Source of the DNA: Podospora anserina
Lineage: Eukaryota
Reading direction: 5' to 3'
DNA length: 64,000 nt
Assembly: GCA_017654855.1 (NCBI GenBank)
Contig: CM030337.1
Coordinates: 1,612,001 to 1,676,000, forward strand
Shown here: positions 1 through 11,690 of the stretch, piece after piece
How positions within the stretch are numbered: the stretch's first letter is position 1
Layout: each line of letters opens with the position of its first letter
Position numbers and translations under genes: made by a program
The notes under the pieces: model-generated
Told to the model about the DNA's origin: nothing
Seen by the model: the letters and a program-made list of their open reading frames with translations, nothing else
Databases searched by the model: none

Positions 1-560
1 GTGTCGCGAACAGTGGCATCCGCGTCCTCGAGCAAATCCATCAAAGATGGCACATAGCTCCTAAACGGCATGCTACTCTCCTGGTGCATCTGAAGGAGCC
101 AGTGCAAGCTTGACTCCTTTGTCCTTGGGTTCTTCCCGGTCATGGCCAAGTTGCGTACTGCGCGCTCGACTTGTTCAGGCGCCACCTTGTATATCGTGAC
201 AAGAGCCTGTGTCGCGATATATCGAATCTTATCTTTATGATCGCCCAGTTTCTCAGCCAGCAGCGGCAATGTCCCTGTGCGCGCAACCTCCTTCGACAGG
301 CCCTTGGGATCTTGCTTTCTCAGTCGGGTGAGGAGATGGTTGAAGGTGCCAAACCCAGCATTAACGAGAACGCCATGTTGAGAGCTGGACGCAGATCGGA
401 GGGCGTCGAATAGTGGCGCGATACATGGCTCGGGGATGTAGTGCGACTTGATGCAGGACTTGGCTACGTTGATGTGTTGAATCTTGGTGTCGACAGGGGC
501 GTCGGTGCGCAGGATATTGGTAAGGTCGATGACCTGCTGCTCAGAGATTGGTTCCGCCAT
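1..560 (-). CDS. STU1: STU1/CLASP microtubule-associated protein, N-terminal part (runs off the window)
   Basis: My translation from ATG 560-558 is open to the window edge: MAEPISEQQVIDLTNILRTDAPVDTKIQHINVAKSCIK...LAEKLGDHKDKIR...KNPRTKESSLHWL...FRSYVPSLMDLLEDADATVRDT, which resembles the fungal CLASP N-terminal TOG/HEAT region. It is absent from the ORF track because there is no stop in the window. Confidence 0.85.
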   Translation of the reverse strand, partial: MAEPISEQQVIDLTNILRTDAPVDTKIQHINVAKSCIKSHYIPEPCIAPLFDALRSASSSQHGVLVNAGFGTFNHLLTRLRKQDPKGLSKEVARTGTLPLLAEKLGDHKDKIRYIATQALVTIYKVAPEQVERAVRNLAMTGKNPRTKESSLHWLLQMHQESSMPFRSYVPSLMDLLEDADATVRD

Positions 561-1249
561 ATCCTCCAAAGCAGAGGATTTCAGGTGTGATTGCGATAAA
601 ATGGATGGAGGAGGTTGTCGAGGTTGCGGGACCGGGTCGAGGTGGTATGATTAAAGGTCGGTCGCTGTGGTAGGTTGCGGAAAGTGGCAGAAAGAAAACA
701 AAACAAAAAATGAGCTGCTTATTAAGTTGCCGGCCCAGGGTTTTTATCAGCAAGCTTTCGCGACAGGATGTCGGCAGTCGCGCCCGTTATAGGGCTCCAA
801 AGACGCGCAATCGCAGGGTCGAAAGAGTACACGCGGACCTCGACTTGAAGCTTCGTTGCCGTTCCTTGTGGTGGATTGCTAAGGTAAATTTGGCTCGACG
901 TCGATGAGGAAGGGACACAGACCACAATTCTGTTTGCGGGATGTTCTCTGCAGCTTTTCGTCACCCCTTGCCCGCACCAAGTGGAGCACGGGCCATGCAA
1001 ATGATTGCTGTCAGGGGTCTCGGCATCCTCAATTCCCCGCAATTCCCCACCCCCTGTTGCTATTTCCCCACCTCTTATCGATATGCCCCACCTTCTAGAA
1101 CACCACGCTGTCGGTGTTGGTGCGCAATGTAAGCGGCACCTCCCTGCATACAGCTGGACCCGATATAAGCTTGAGCTGGGAATAGCTTCTACCAAATGCC
1201 ATTGTTTATTTTCTCCCAAACATCATCCTTCCCTCGTTAAACCGCAATC

Positions 1250-2228
1250 ATGACCTTCTACGAACAAACCCTAGCCCCCAGGCCTACCACCATCCTCGAA
1301 CCCCCCATCTCCCGCCCATCCGACGCCCCATCAGCAACCCAATCTCCCATCCCAATCCACCCCCCTAGGGACACCACCCCCAATGACCCCAAAACAACCA
1401 CCATTTCCTCCCCCAAACCCTTCCCCCTCCCCACCCTCCGCCTCGAAAACCGCAACCTAACCCACCCCGCCTCCGCCCTCCTCTTCACCTCCATCAACCC
1501 CGCCACCGTCCTCCCCGACTGCCTCCAAAACGTCCTCCGCCTCCTCTACCACACCCCCTCCTCCCACTCCTTCACCCCACCCCCAACCCGCTCCGTCACC
1601 CTCATATTCCGTGACATGGACGGCGTGGCCTACACAACCGGCACCGACCTCGACCACGACCACAAAGAAATCCACTTCAACCTCAACCACATCTCCAACG
1701 TAGCCTCCCGTCCCAACAGCCCAACCCGCGTCCGTGACGAGATCATCGGCGTCATCACCCACGAACTGGTCCACTGCTACCAGTGGGACGCAAAACACAC
1801 TTGTCCAGGGGGGTTAATAGAAGGGATCGCTGACTGGGTGAGGCTGAATTGTGATTTGTCCCCGCCGCATTGGAAGAAGGAGGTTGATGGCGGTATTGCC
1901 CCCCCCCCCCCTCTCTTTTCCATTTCAACCCCCTCTCCCTTTTTACCCCCTAATCCAATCCCCAATCACCGCCCACCCTTACTAACATACCCAAAAAGCC
2001 TGGGACAGAGGCTACCAACATACAGCCTACTTCCTCCAATACCTCGAAGACATCTTCGGCAACAGCACCATCCGCCACCTCAACGACCACCTCCGCCACC
2101 ACAAATACCACCAGGACTCCTTCTGGGAAGAGCAATTCGGGCTTGGGGTGGAAGAGTTATATGAGGGTTACGTCCAGCATCACAAGGAAGAGGAAAGGAA
2201 GGTTAAGAAGAAGCAAGACGACCTTTGA
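1250..2228 (+). CDS. BSP (basic secretory protein)/PBSP-family putative zinc peptidase, 2 exons
   Basis: Motifs MDGVAYT, KEIHF, THELVH (HExxH) and GGLIEGIADWVRL. Intron 1893-1998 (GTATTG...CTAAC...AAG) restores DGAWDRGYQHTAYFLQYLE. Stop TGA at 2226-2228. Confidence 0.85.
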
Positions 2229-2538
2229 CTGTAATCCCCCGCAGCATATCTATACTATACGAGTTACGAGACACGATGATACCTACAAAGATATCCTCTT
2301 TTTTTTTGGCAATATTCTGCTATATTTCTCAAAAAAGATAGCACGGGCCTATAGTCACCCCTAACAAGAACACCCAAGCCTGACCACCCATTTCCCTGTT
2401 ATGAAAACCGTTCCTAACGCCCAAAACACCAAACATATATAATGTAAACCCAAAACAGGAAGAAATGGTCGGTGGTATCGCGGGTATACATCCATAGACC
2501 CGGTATAAACATCATCAAGCACATCAACCGCGCCTCCT

Positions 2539-3687
2539 CTAAGCCCGAGCAACGCTCTCAGTCTCGCTAATCACACTGCCAACCTCGGACCAGCTACCAG
2601 GAGTGGCGATCCCATCGTCACTATCGCTCATGATGCCATAGTCCCCATCCTTGGAGGAAGCAGCATCAAAGTTGACATCAACGCCAGATTCAGCGATAGA
2701 GGCAGTGTCATCGCTAGGCGTTCTCTGTCCTTGGCTGAGGTACTCCCCATCAGACATCGGTGGCTCAGGCGTAACAGGCAGAGGCGAGTAAAACCCAGTG
2801 TTAGACTGAGCCCACGCCTGAATCGAGGCATAGGCATCAGACTGGGTGCTGCTGTAGCTGGCAGACATGTCTTGCTCCTCCTCGCGGCCGATGGTCTCGC
2901 TGCGGGTGGTGGGAGTGTGAGTCCCATCCTCGGTCTTCCCATAGGCGTCGGGAAACTGATCACGGAGGCTGGTATCGTTGGATTGCGAGTCGAAATCAAA
3001 GAGAACTTCAGGGTTGGTAGCAGCAACAGCCTTTTGCGCGGGCTCAGGGCTCTGGCTGCGGGGAGTAGCGGCATAGATATCGGATACGGTTTCGTCATGA
3101 TCGGGCTTCAACAAATTGGCGGCTTCCGTCTCGTCGATGTGAGGGCGCTCTTCCAATTCGATACCGTGCTCATCAGCAAAGGGGTTGTAAACCATTGCAG
3201 CATTCAGTCCGCACACGCCTTCGAGGTTGCCACGGCGTCTAACCACATTGTTTGAATCATCCGCTGGATTGGCGCCAGTGTTGTAAACCAAAGTACCGCG
3301 TTCACCAGAGTTGTCAGGCCGTAAGAAGTCATCAAAGGTAGGAAGGCGAGGAGTGGGCAATTCGGCCGATTGTGACTGTTGTTCGTTCCGGCGAGCGTTC
3401 CAATACATCAGTTCCTCTCGTTGTCTCCTCCGTGTTTCGTCGTCAGCATCAACATTGTGAGATTCGTAAAATCCGTGAGCGTCTTCTGGGCGGTTGAAAC
3501 GGGGCTGCCGGTTGTCTGGGTCGAAGTCGTCACCGAGAGAGCGGAGGGCGATGGCGATGCGTCTACGTAGGTCCTCGGCTACGCGGCGGACCTCGGGGCT
3601 TTCATAGATAGCTACAGCTACGGCTGCAGCTACGCCGACTGCAGCTATGCTGACTGAAGCAAGCAAAGCGTGGTTAACAGGGGGCAT
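2539..3687 (-). CDS. Hypothetical protein (382 aa) with an N-terminal hydrophobic anchor and an acidic low-complexity tail
   Basis: Long single ORF with gene-like codon use. Hydrophobic ALLASVSIAAVGVAAAVAVAIYESP start and C-terminal TPGSWSEVGSVISE. A probable 5'UTR intron donor (GTAAGT) lies near 4113. Confidence 0.75.
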   Translation of the reverse strand: MPPVNHALLASVSIAAVGVAAAVAVAIYESPEVRRVAEDLRRRIAIALRSLGDDFDPDNRQPRFNRPEDAHGFYESHNVDADDETRRRQREELMYWNARRNEQQSQSAELPTPRLPTFDDFLRPDNSGERGTLVYNTGANPADDSNNVVRRRGNLEGVCGLNAAMVYNPFADEHGIELEERPHIDETEAANLLKPDHDETVSDIYAATPRSQSPEPAQKAVAATNPEVLFDFDSQSNDTSLRDQFPDAYGKTEDGTHTPTTRSETIGREEEQDMSASYSSTQSDAYASIQAWAQSNTGFYSPLPVTPEPPMSDGEYLSQGQRTPSDDTASIAESGVDVNFDAASSKDGDYGIMSDSDDGIATPGSWSEVGSVISETESVARA

Positions 3688-4929
3688 GTTCGATGTCTGG
3701 TGTACGGATGATGGGGGATTGAAGAAATGCGATAAGCGGAGTGATAATGATAAGGTAGAGAGAGTGGGGCAAGATCAAGCGCTGGGAACTTCTCGACTTG
3801 GAAACCTTGAAGATATTCCTCGCTGCCTCCCTCTCACTGACAGTTGCTGAATGAGAAAGCAACAATACAAAACCCGAGAAAGATTCAACAGAGATCAAGT
3901 ATCCCAACAATTAAAATGAGCTGCCTCGAGGCTTGCGTGTCGTCCATTCGCCACTTGTCACGGGAGTGGCCAGTGCTGACCTAAACCTCGGGCGACAAAC
4001 AACGACGGTGATTTGCACTGAAGAATTGGCGGGGCAAACAAGGGTGCGGGGAACACAACGCAAAAGACAATGCTGTGGTTTTAGACAGGAGAAGGCTAGT
4101 AACAATAACTTACCTTTGGCCGCGATTGGCAGTGGCATCTTTGGAGAGAAACGGCTTCAATCTCCCAAACCTGCTGGCGACGGGTTTGTTTGGCGGGTAG
4201 AGGGTGATGGAAGAGGGAAAAAGGCAGTCAAAGGAAAGTGTCCCAGATAACTGGGAACTGGGGAGCGGCAAAGCAAGTTTGCGCATGCACGCTCGGTGAA
4301 CGGTAACTCCCTCGCCCTGGAAAGCTTACGTAGAGTGCAGGCGGGCGGGTAAGGCGGACCGGAGGCGCACCTCCATGGCAGGGCAGTGGGAAACTCAGTT
4401 TGGTATTCCAGGCACGGGCTCGGGGGCTTCCCCTCACTTTAAACTCATTCAACCTTGGCGTTTATGAGCAGGTGATTCGGTGCTCCAGATGTTTGACACG
4501 CTGGACAACGATGAGCGGTCAATTCCTACAAGAACGGCATTCCCGGTCCAGCCACTTGTTCATGCAGCTGCATAGAATTGACGAATGACCGCCGATAGCA
4601 TCAATGCTCAGTTTAGCAAATCAAGGAGTTTAGAGCCTCGTCACTGACTCAGAAACTCTCAGGAGTACTGGCCTGATTGCGTGTCAGCCTCGGATGTGGC
4701 GCAACTGGGCGTTAGTGTAGATGATTGGCTACACCACCACCACGTTGAAACGCATAATGTTGATATGGAGTTATGACAGCCCAAATAACTAGTGTATGAA
4801 TTGCAGTTAAATCGTCGATTCTGGGAGTACGAAGTAAGTTTTGGCTATTCGAGGGATTCTCTTTGTCTTCAGATCTGAAAGAGAAGTCTCCACACATTCT
4901 CTCAGCCTTGTAAGTGGACATCTCAAGAT

Positions 4930-5620
4930 AAGGTAGGAACTGGATAACTTAGCCCTGCTTTTTACATAAAAACTAACCCCAGCTTCATTGACTTACAGTC
5001 CAAACATTAGATATTTGAAATCCCAGCCTTATATATCAATCGTCCTGACTCTACCTACATAGATGCCGTTCTAGTATAAGATGTCCCAGACCTAGCTTTG
5101 TGTGTTTGTTGTCTTAACTTGACTGGAAATTCTTTCTGATATAGGAAAGTGTTGTTAATTATCTCAGGTAGTCTTTTTTCCTAGCTTTACTTTATAAGGT
5201 CTTAGCTTTCTTAAGACTTAATTCCAACTTTGTGTATCTTAATCTCAGTCTAATCCCAACTTTCTATCTCTGAATCACAGCTTAATCTCCGCTTTATAGA
5301 TATACCTATTATATATACCTATGTAAATAGTCTTAACTTTTTCGAAACTTAAGTAACATAAACTTTATTTATTCTTTTTCTTAGCTTAATATACCTCTAT
5401 TCTCCTCTTTAGTACCCCAACCTCAAATCCAAGCTTTATATTCTATTATCCTAGCTTTTCCTAGACTCAGTCCCAACTTTGAATGTCTATAATCTTAGCT
5501 TTAAATAACTTCAGTCCAAGCTCAGTCCCGACTTTATATATCCATAATCTTAGCTTCATATAACTTCAGTCCCAGCTCTATCCCATCTTTATACAGAGGT
5601 ACCTTAGTACATATAACCTT
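4930..5620. repeat. AT-rich, RIP-like degenerate repeat relic with TCCCAACTT units and a ~55-bp tandem duplication
   Basis: No ORFs; visibly TpA-rich and CpA/TpG-poor. 5466-5520 and 5521-5575 are near-identical (ctcagtcccRacttt...ataatcttagctt..ataacttcagtcc.ag), with a partial third copy to ~5593. Confidence 0.7.
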
Positions 5621-7299
5621 CAAATAGAATCAAGAGCGTCACTGAGCACAGGTATGCACAGGTCTGGACAGACTTGAATTGTGTTTGAGCTAGGTACGAG
5701 AGTACATCATACGTATATTTGAAGTTACCTAGCTAGCAGACCACCCCAGCTATCACCACATAACACGATGTTGAATCGTGAACTTGTCCACCTCAGATTG
5801 TAATCCCTATCCAAAATCCGTCAAGTTACTTGTAATGCTCGGTATGATGCGTGAATTCTCATCTCAGCAATGGCAGTGATCATCACAGCATTCGTACTTT
5901 CCGCATGTCCACGACGAAGAGCAGTGTTTGCACGCACTGTTGTGCTGGATGATTGGGGCCGAAAGAGGACCCAGCAACCCCTAGTGGTCATAATTTGAGA
6001 AGAACTAGGGGCTAGGACAATATGAATGTGATGTATGGATGAATGACTTACGAAAACTTCTCCAGCATACTGTTCGCAGTTGTCCTCTCAATGCTGCCCA
6101 TCCAACGACCAGCTAACGAAGTTCTGAGCGTTGGACATGATGATGGGTACAAGTTCTTCAACTTACTTGTAAGTACAATTGGAGTTTCCAGAGTACTCAA
6201 GCCGGGGTGTACATACCAGTGAGTTTTGAGAGAGTTGTAGGGAACAGCTCAACCGTCTAGTTGGACTGTTGTTTTTGAAATTGATGCTTGGAATGATAGA
6301 GTTCAGGTCATCTCCATCGCGTCCGAAGGCCTCTATTTATGCTTGGTCCAGTGTTCTGCAAGATCGCCCTCAGGCATCCAGGTACGACATACTTCGGTTT
6401 CGGTTCTACACATCGTACACCTGGAGAAGGCACAGAACTACCTTTTGCAGGCACAGTCACTATTCTGGTTGCTTCACAACCAATGATTTGGTGTTCGACC
6501 GCTGCTCCTTGATCAGGTGGCCTGGTGCCAAGGGCTGTTGGCTGTATTCATCCATGATTATCGTCTTTTGCCTCGCTTGCAAAGATAAGAGTTCACGACA
6601 AGGCAACGGCGGTCATAGGCTGTCGATAGGGCGCACTGTGTGCAATTCACGGAAGCGCCTATCCATCCTTGTGTAAAGCCGCATCGAGGCGGGGTGCTTC
6701 AAGCTAATGCACAGAAACACATGTAAGGTAGTCATATATAGAGAGCCTTGTCACGGATCGACAGTGGCCGGTTCCCCGAAAGCTGAGCGTAACAAGCAAT
6801 ATCTCGTGTGCTCTGTTGTGGTGTCTGGTAATGTGTTTGCCATTATCTCAACCAATCATTGGGTGTATGTGATGTGAGGGGCTGCGCCATTCACTGAGGT
6901 CTCAACATGATATGACTAGGCAGCCTGACGCTTGTCACTGCCCCTTGTGGCTAGGTGGGCAGGTAATGTGAATTGATGTTTAAACTAGAACTGAGTACCA
7001 TAAGAAGGGACCCTACCTGTTAAGGTAGGTAAGCATGAAGAAATAGCTTTCCAATAAGAATTTGCCATATCAGTGCAGCCTATGGTCTGACATCTGCTTA
7101 CAAAGACACCAACAACATGCCCACATCCACCCAGCCTGCCGAGTTTCTGATGCTGCAAGAAGCCCTGCCGCTCCGCCAATCCATTACTTGAGAGTCCTCC
7201 AGATATAACCATAAACGAAATATGTAGCAATGTTATTCTGAAGGAGAAACTGGATGGCCCAGGTTCTCTTCCCTTCCTTGAATTGGCATTTCTTTATGC

Positions 7300-8220
7300 T
7301 CAGAATACATCATGCTAACTTATCTGGCGGTAGGACCAGTCGTGGTAAGCGATTGCATCCTGCAAACCTAGCAACCTGAAACGGTCTCCATTAGGGATGG
7401 ATGTTGAGGAATGGCTGAAGGTGGCCATAAATCAAAGGTGGGGTTGGAGAAGATATGGTTCTTTGGCAAGCAATGGAGATAACCGGAAACAGATCAAACT
7501 TCAAGAAGAACCGAACCAGAAGCTTTGCGATGAATTGAGGCGAATAGCTATCTACCTATCTTGGAAAAGAGCCATGGCTATATACCTACTAAACAACATG
7601 CTGAACTACTAGGTAGTTAGAGCATGGTGCCGACTGAGCATCTATTAACCACAGACCAACTCTCATAGAAGAAGAATAACCTTTACTGATACTTCTCAAG
7701 GAATCGGAGCTCAGAGTAGGTACTATGCTACATCACTAGAGTCCGTTGTGGATCAACACTAGAAGCTCTAGAACAGGGGGATTTGGCGGGAGAGCGGGCT
7801 TGTGGAGAAGCGGTTCCTGGGACATCCCTTGGAGAATCTCAACAGGGGTCCTGCCAGGGCTGATGCCCAGAAATCAAACAAGCCTACAAACCACCAGACG
7901 ACAAGCGACGAGCGCTATTGCTAAAGAGCGGGATTTGCTTCCTAGAAAAAGAGAAAGATCCCAAATATCTCATGCCATGAGGTGTTTTTTTGACGGCTAG
8001 GTATTTTATCCACCTTCCGAAAGATCTGAGGGTTTGGGACTGGTTTGCCCGCCCGGAAAACTGCTGCCATTCGGAAGCCCCAGTTAAACTGTTCGGGGGC
8101 TGACCATAGGGTAGGCCAACCGCGGGGTTGTGACCACTTGTCAAGAAGAGTTTGCTTGAATGCTTCCATCTCATGAATGTCTCTACTCCGTACTTCCATC
8201 TGAACACTATTACCTTCATC
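7300..8220 (+). pseudogene. Probable degraded gene remnant of unknown family
   Basis: Intron-like signals (GCTAAC...TAG|GACCAGTCGTG|GTAAGC...TTAG) lead into a protein-like frame (MDVEEWLKVAINQRWGW...LCDELRRIAIYLSWKRAM...) broken by several stops. Confidence 0.3.
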
Positions 8221-8397
8221 TGCTTAACACGACGTCAACAACCACCACGCAAACATATTGTCCACCGACGTATAGGCACCCGGAAATAAAGCCTCCGAAG
8301 CTCCAACTGTTTGAGCAATTGGCCCCTATCTGGTAACAGTTTCCTTGGACCAGAATACTGCCAAGTGCGGGGAATGAGGGGGGTAAGATTGCTCAGG

Positions 8398-8404
8398 TGA
8401 GTCA
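8398..8404. promoter_or_regulatory. Cpc1/Gcn4 binding site TGAGTCA upstream of CysRS
   Basis: Exact TGA(G/C)TCA about 270 nt upstream of the CysRS start. Aminoacyl-tRNA synthetase genes are classic cross-pathway control targets. It also overlaps a possible GTGAGT splice donor. Confidence 0.5.
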
Positions 8405-8673
8405 CTCCTGCCTCGAATTGCCAAACAACAACTTAATCAGGGACAATCTATTAGCCAGGTTTATTTTCGCATACTCCCCTTCTCACCTTTTCACCAAAAG
8501 TACACTCATTCCCTTCTTCCGGACGAGTACTTCTTAATGCTGACAATCGTAACAATTGTAGCTGTTACCTAGTCGAACTCTTCCCCTCACCTTGACAAAG
8601 GTGCAACCACCGTTGGTTTTATTTCACCCCTTTTCTTCGATGCTAACGGTTTCAACAGTCACCCACAAACAGC

Positions 8674-11119
8674 ATGGCTTCCGACGCTCGTAAACAGCCA
8701 AAATGAACCCCCCCCAAGCCCATGACGCTCGGCTGCCCCTATTGAAGATCTACAACAGCTTAACGCGGACCAAGAATGACTTCATTCCAGTTGATCCAAC
8801 AGGGGAAGTCGTTACGTGGTACGCCTGCGGCCCTACAGTGTACGAAGACGCCCATCTGGGCCACGCCAAGAATTATGTGTCGACCGACATCATTCGCCGT
8901 ATCATGAGGGACTATTTCGGCTTCCGAGTCAAGTTCGTCATGAATACCACCGATATCGACGACAAGATTATCCTCCAGGCTCGTCGTCAACACCTGCTCG
9001 CGCGATTCAAGCATCAGCATGCTGAGGAAGAGACAGTTAGTGAGACGGTTCTGGCTGAGGTGAAGGCCGCATTTCTCCAATATGTTGGCAAGAATCTGCC
9101 GTCGTTGCCGGGGGATATGAACCCAGAGAGCTTCGCCGAGGAAGTCAACAAGGCGTACAAGGAAACGCTACAAAGCCAGAGTGTTACTGTCGAGGATTTG
9201 CTGCTCAGGGCGCATATTGGGACAGCACAGTTGGCTGCCGAGGCCCTCCAAAACCCTGAAACAGCGTCTGAGTTCTTCGCCAAAGCTGACGATGTCCTGC
9301 TGCCATATCTGGATGCATTGCATGGTGCCTCTATCGACTCGAACAATCATCAGATTTACCTGGAGCTGAGCCAGAAATTCGAGCGCCGCTTCTTCGAAGA
9401 CATGGATGCGCTGAACGTCCTGCCTCCAGATCAACTGACACGTGTGACCGAGTATGTCAGACAAATCGTCGACTTTGTAGAGAAGATTGTGGCGAATGGT
9501 TTCGGGTACGCTACCCCCGATGGTTCCGTCTACTTCGATATCGACTCGTTTGAGAAAGCTGGGCATAGCTACTCCCGGCTGGAACCATGGAACAAGAACG
9601 ACCCTGCCCTTTTGGCTGATGGCGAGGGGTCGCTGTCCAAAGGAGCATCTATGAAGAGGAGCCCGAATCATTTTGCCCTGTGGAAGGCCAGCAAGCCAGG
9701 CGAACCAGCCTGGGATAGCCCGTGGGGTCGTGGGCGGCCTGGGTGGCACATTGAATGCTCTGCCATGGCGTCGGAAGCGATAGGGAAGACGATGGATATC
9801 CATTCCGGAGGGGTTGACCTTCGTTTCCCTCACCATGACAACGAGTTGGCACAGTCAGAGGCGTATTGGTCGACTCCGGACTGCCATGTGCAGTGGGCAA
9901 ACTACTTCATTCATATGGGTCAACTGAGGCAAGTGATAGCACCAACGACTTCAGCGACACAGCGCAGCTAACTGAAAATAGGATCCGGGGCTTGAAGATG
10001 AGCAAGAGTCTTAAGAACTACACAACTATTCGAAGTGTGCTCTCCGAGAAAGACTGGACTGCTCGGTCTCTCCGAATCTGCTTCCTTTTGATGCCTTGGC
10101 AGGATGGTATTGAGGTGACGGATGAGCTCATGAAGGCGGTAATTGGGTGGGAGGGCAAGCTTAATAATTTCTTGTTGAAGAGCTTGGATCTGTCAAAACA
10201 CACTCGCCCCAATGCCGAGGGTCAAGATATTGGGGTTGCTGACCAGCAGTTGCTGAAGTCTCTGGAGAAGGCGAAGGCCGACGTCGACAATGCGCTCTGC
10301 GATTCCTTCAACATCTCCTCTGTGATGAGAATCCTCTCTGATCTTGTCACCGAGGCGAACTCAGCCGAGAAGCTTGCCGACGAAACAGTCCTCTCCCTGG
10401 CGCGCTGGGTTACTCGCATTGTCACCATCTTCGGCCTGGATCCTGAAGGGGATCTCACCAATTCAGAACGTATAGGGTGGTCCGGACTCAATATTCCGGC
10501 GCCAGCAAAGCCTTACATATACCCTGCATCGCAATTGCGTGACAAGGTCCGAACCCTAGCAATCGGCTCGGCGGTCGATCATGATGCCATTTCCAAGCTC
10601 GCTGATGAGGCAACCCTCGCCACGCCTACCTCTATCGACACTTCAGAGCCTTACAGTCAGGTGCTGCAGGAATTCCGCAAAAGCGTTAAAGATTTGGCAG
10701 CTGAGAAAGCACCGGCCAAGGATTTGCTTGTCTTGTGTGACCAGCTTCGCGATGTGCACCTCTGGAACCTAGGGATATATCTGGAGGACCGCAATAGCCC
10801 TCTTCCTGCCTTGGTGAGGCCTCTCGATAAGTCTCTCATAGAGGCTCGCGCAGAGCAAGAGTCCCTTGCTATCGCCAAAGCCAAGGCCAAGCTGGAGCAG
10901 AAAGCAAAGGAGGCTGAGAAAGAGAGGGAGCTGCGGGGACGTGCCAAAATCGATCCTGTGGCAATGTTCAAGACGTCTGAGTATAAGGAATGGGATGATA
11001 GTGGCATTCCTACTTTGGATGCCAAGGGGGAGGTCATTTCTAAAAATAGGCGCAAGAAGTTGGTTAAGGAGTGGGAGAAGCAGAAAAAGTTGCACGATGA
11101 TTGGCTGGCAACCCAATAA
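8674..11119 (+). CDS. Cysteinyl-tRNA synthetase (divergent), 2 coding exons; in-frame ORF starts at 8703, upstream ATG 8674 is out of frame
   Basis: CGPTVY..HLGH (HIGH motif), [24 protein letters not shown] (Zn ligands) and KMSKS. Intron 9929-9981 joins [18 protein letters not shown]. Eukaryotic C-terminal extension (EWDDSGIPT...[13 protein letters not shown]). Confidence 0.93.
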
Positions 11120-11469
11120 CTGGCTTAGGTAAGGGCTGGCTCCTTTTTTTTCCTCCGATTTTTCCTCCGTCTTTCCCTCCTCCAGATATTACCACCCTAC
11201 AAAGGTTGGAAGAGATGGGGGTTATGTACACATAGGATATCGTCGCAGAGGGGGGGGGCGGGTTTCAATAGAATAAGGGCTCCAGACAAATTGTTTAGGG
11301 TGTGTGTTGTACTGCTAAGAATTCCACCGAAGAGACCCATTTTAAAACATACCCTAAGATGCAAAGACCCAGTAACTCACGGATCCTCCTTACTCAGCCA
11401 GTTCCACATCACCTCCGTTTCTTCCATTCATAATATAGGAGTATAAGAAGTTTGGACTGGGGAAATAAA

Positions 11470-11690
11470 AGTTGGGACGAGAAGGGATAGAAGTTGGGAT
11501 TGGAATATAGAAATGCTGGGATTAGAAGGGTAAGATGCTGGGATTGGAAGATGGTGATGCTGGATTAGAAAGGTAAGATGTTGGGATTGGAAAGGTGAGA
11601 TGCTGAGATTGGAAAGGTGAGATGTAGAGATGGGGGGGTGAGAAGTGGGGACTATATGGGTGAGAAGTTGGGACGAGGCTGGGGTAAAAG
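11470..11690. repeat. ~22-bp degenerate minisatellite (GATGCTGGGATTGGAAAGGTRA), about 8-10 copies
   Basis: Successive units aaatgctgggattagaagggtaa / gatgctgggattggaagatggt / gatgctggattagaaaggtaa / gatgttgggattggaaaggtga / gatgctgagattggaaaggtga, with flanking aagttggga copies. Confidence 0.85.

Noticed and set aside
8703-11119. Two separate CysRS half-genes as shown in the ORF track
   Set aside because: A single GC-AG intron joins them in frame.
11470-11690. CRISPR-like appearance of the 22-bp repeats
   Set aside because: Degenerate tandem units without unique spacers, in a eukaryote with no cas genes.
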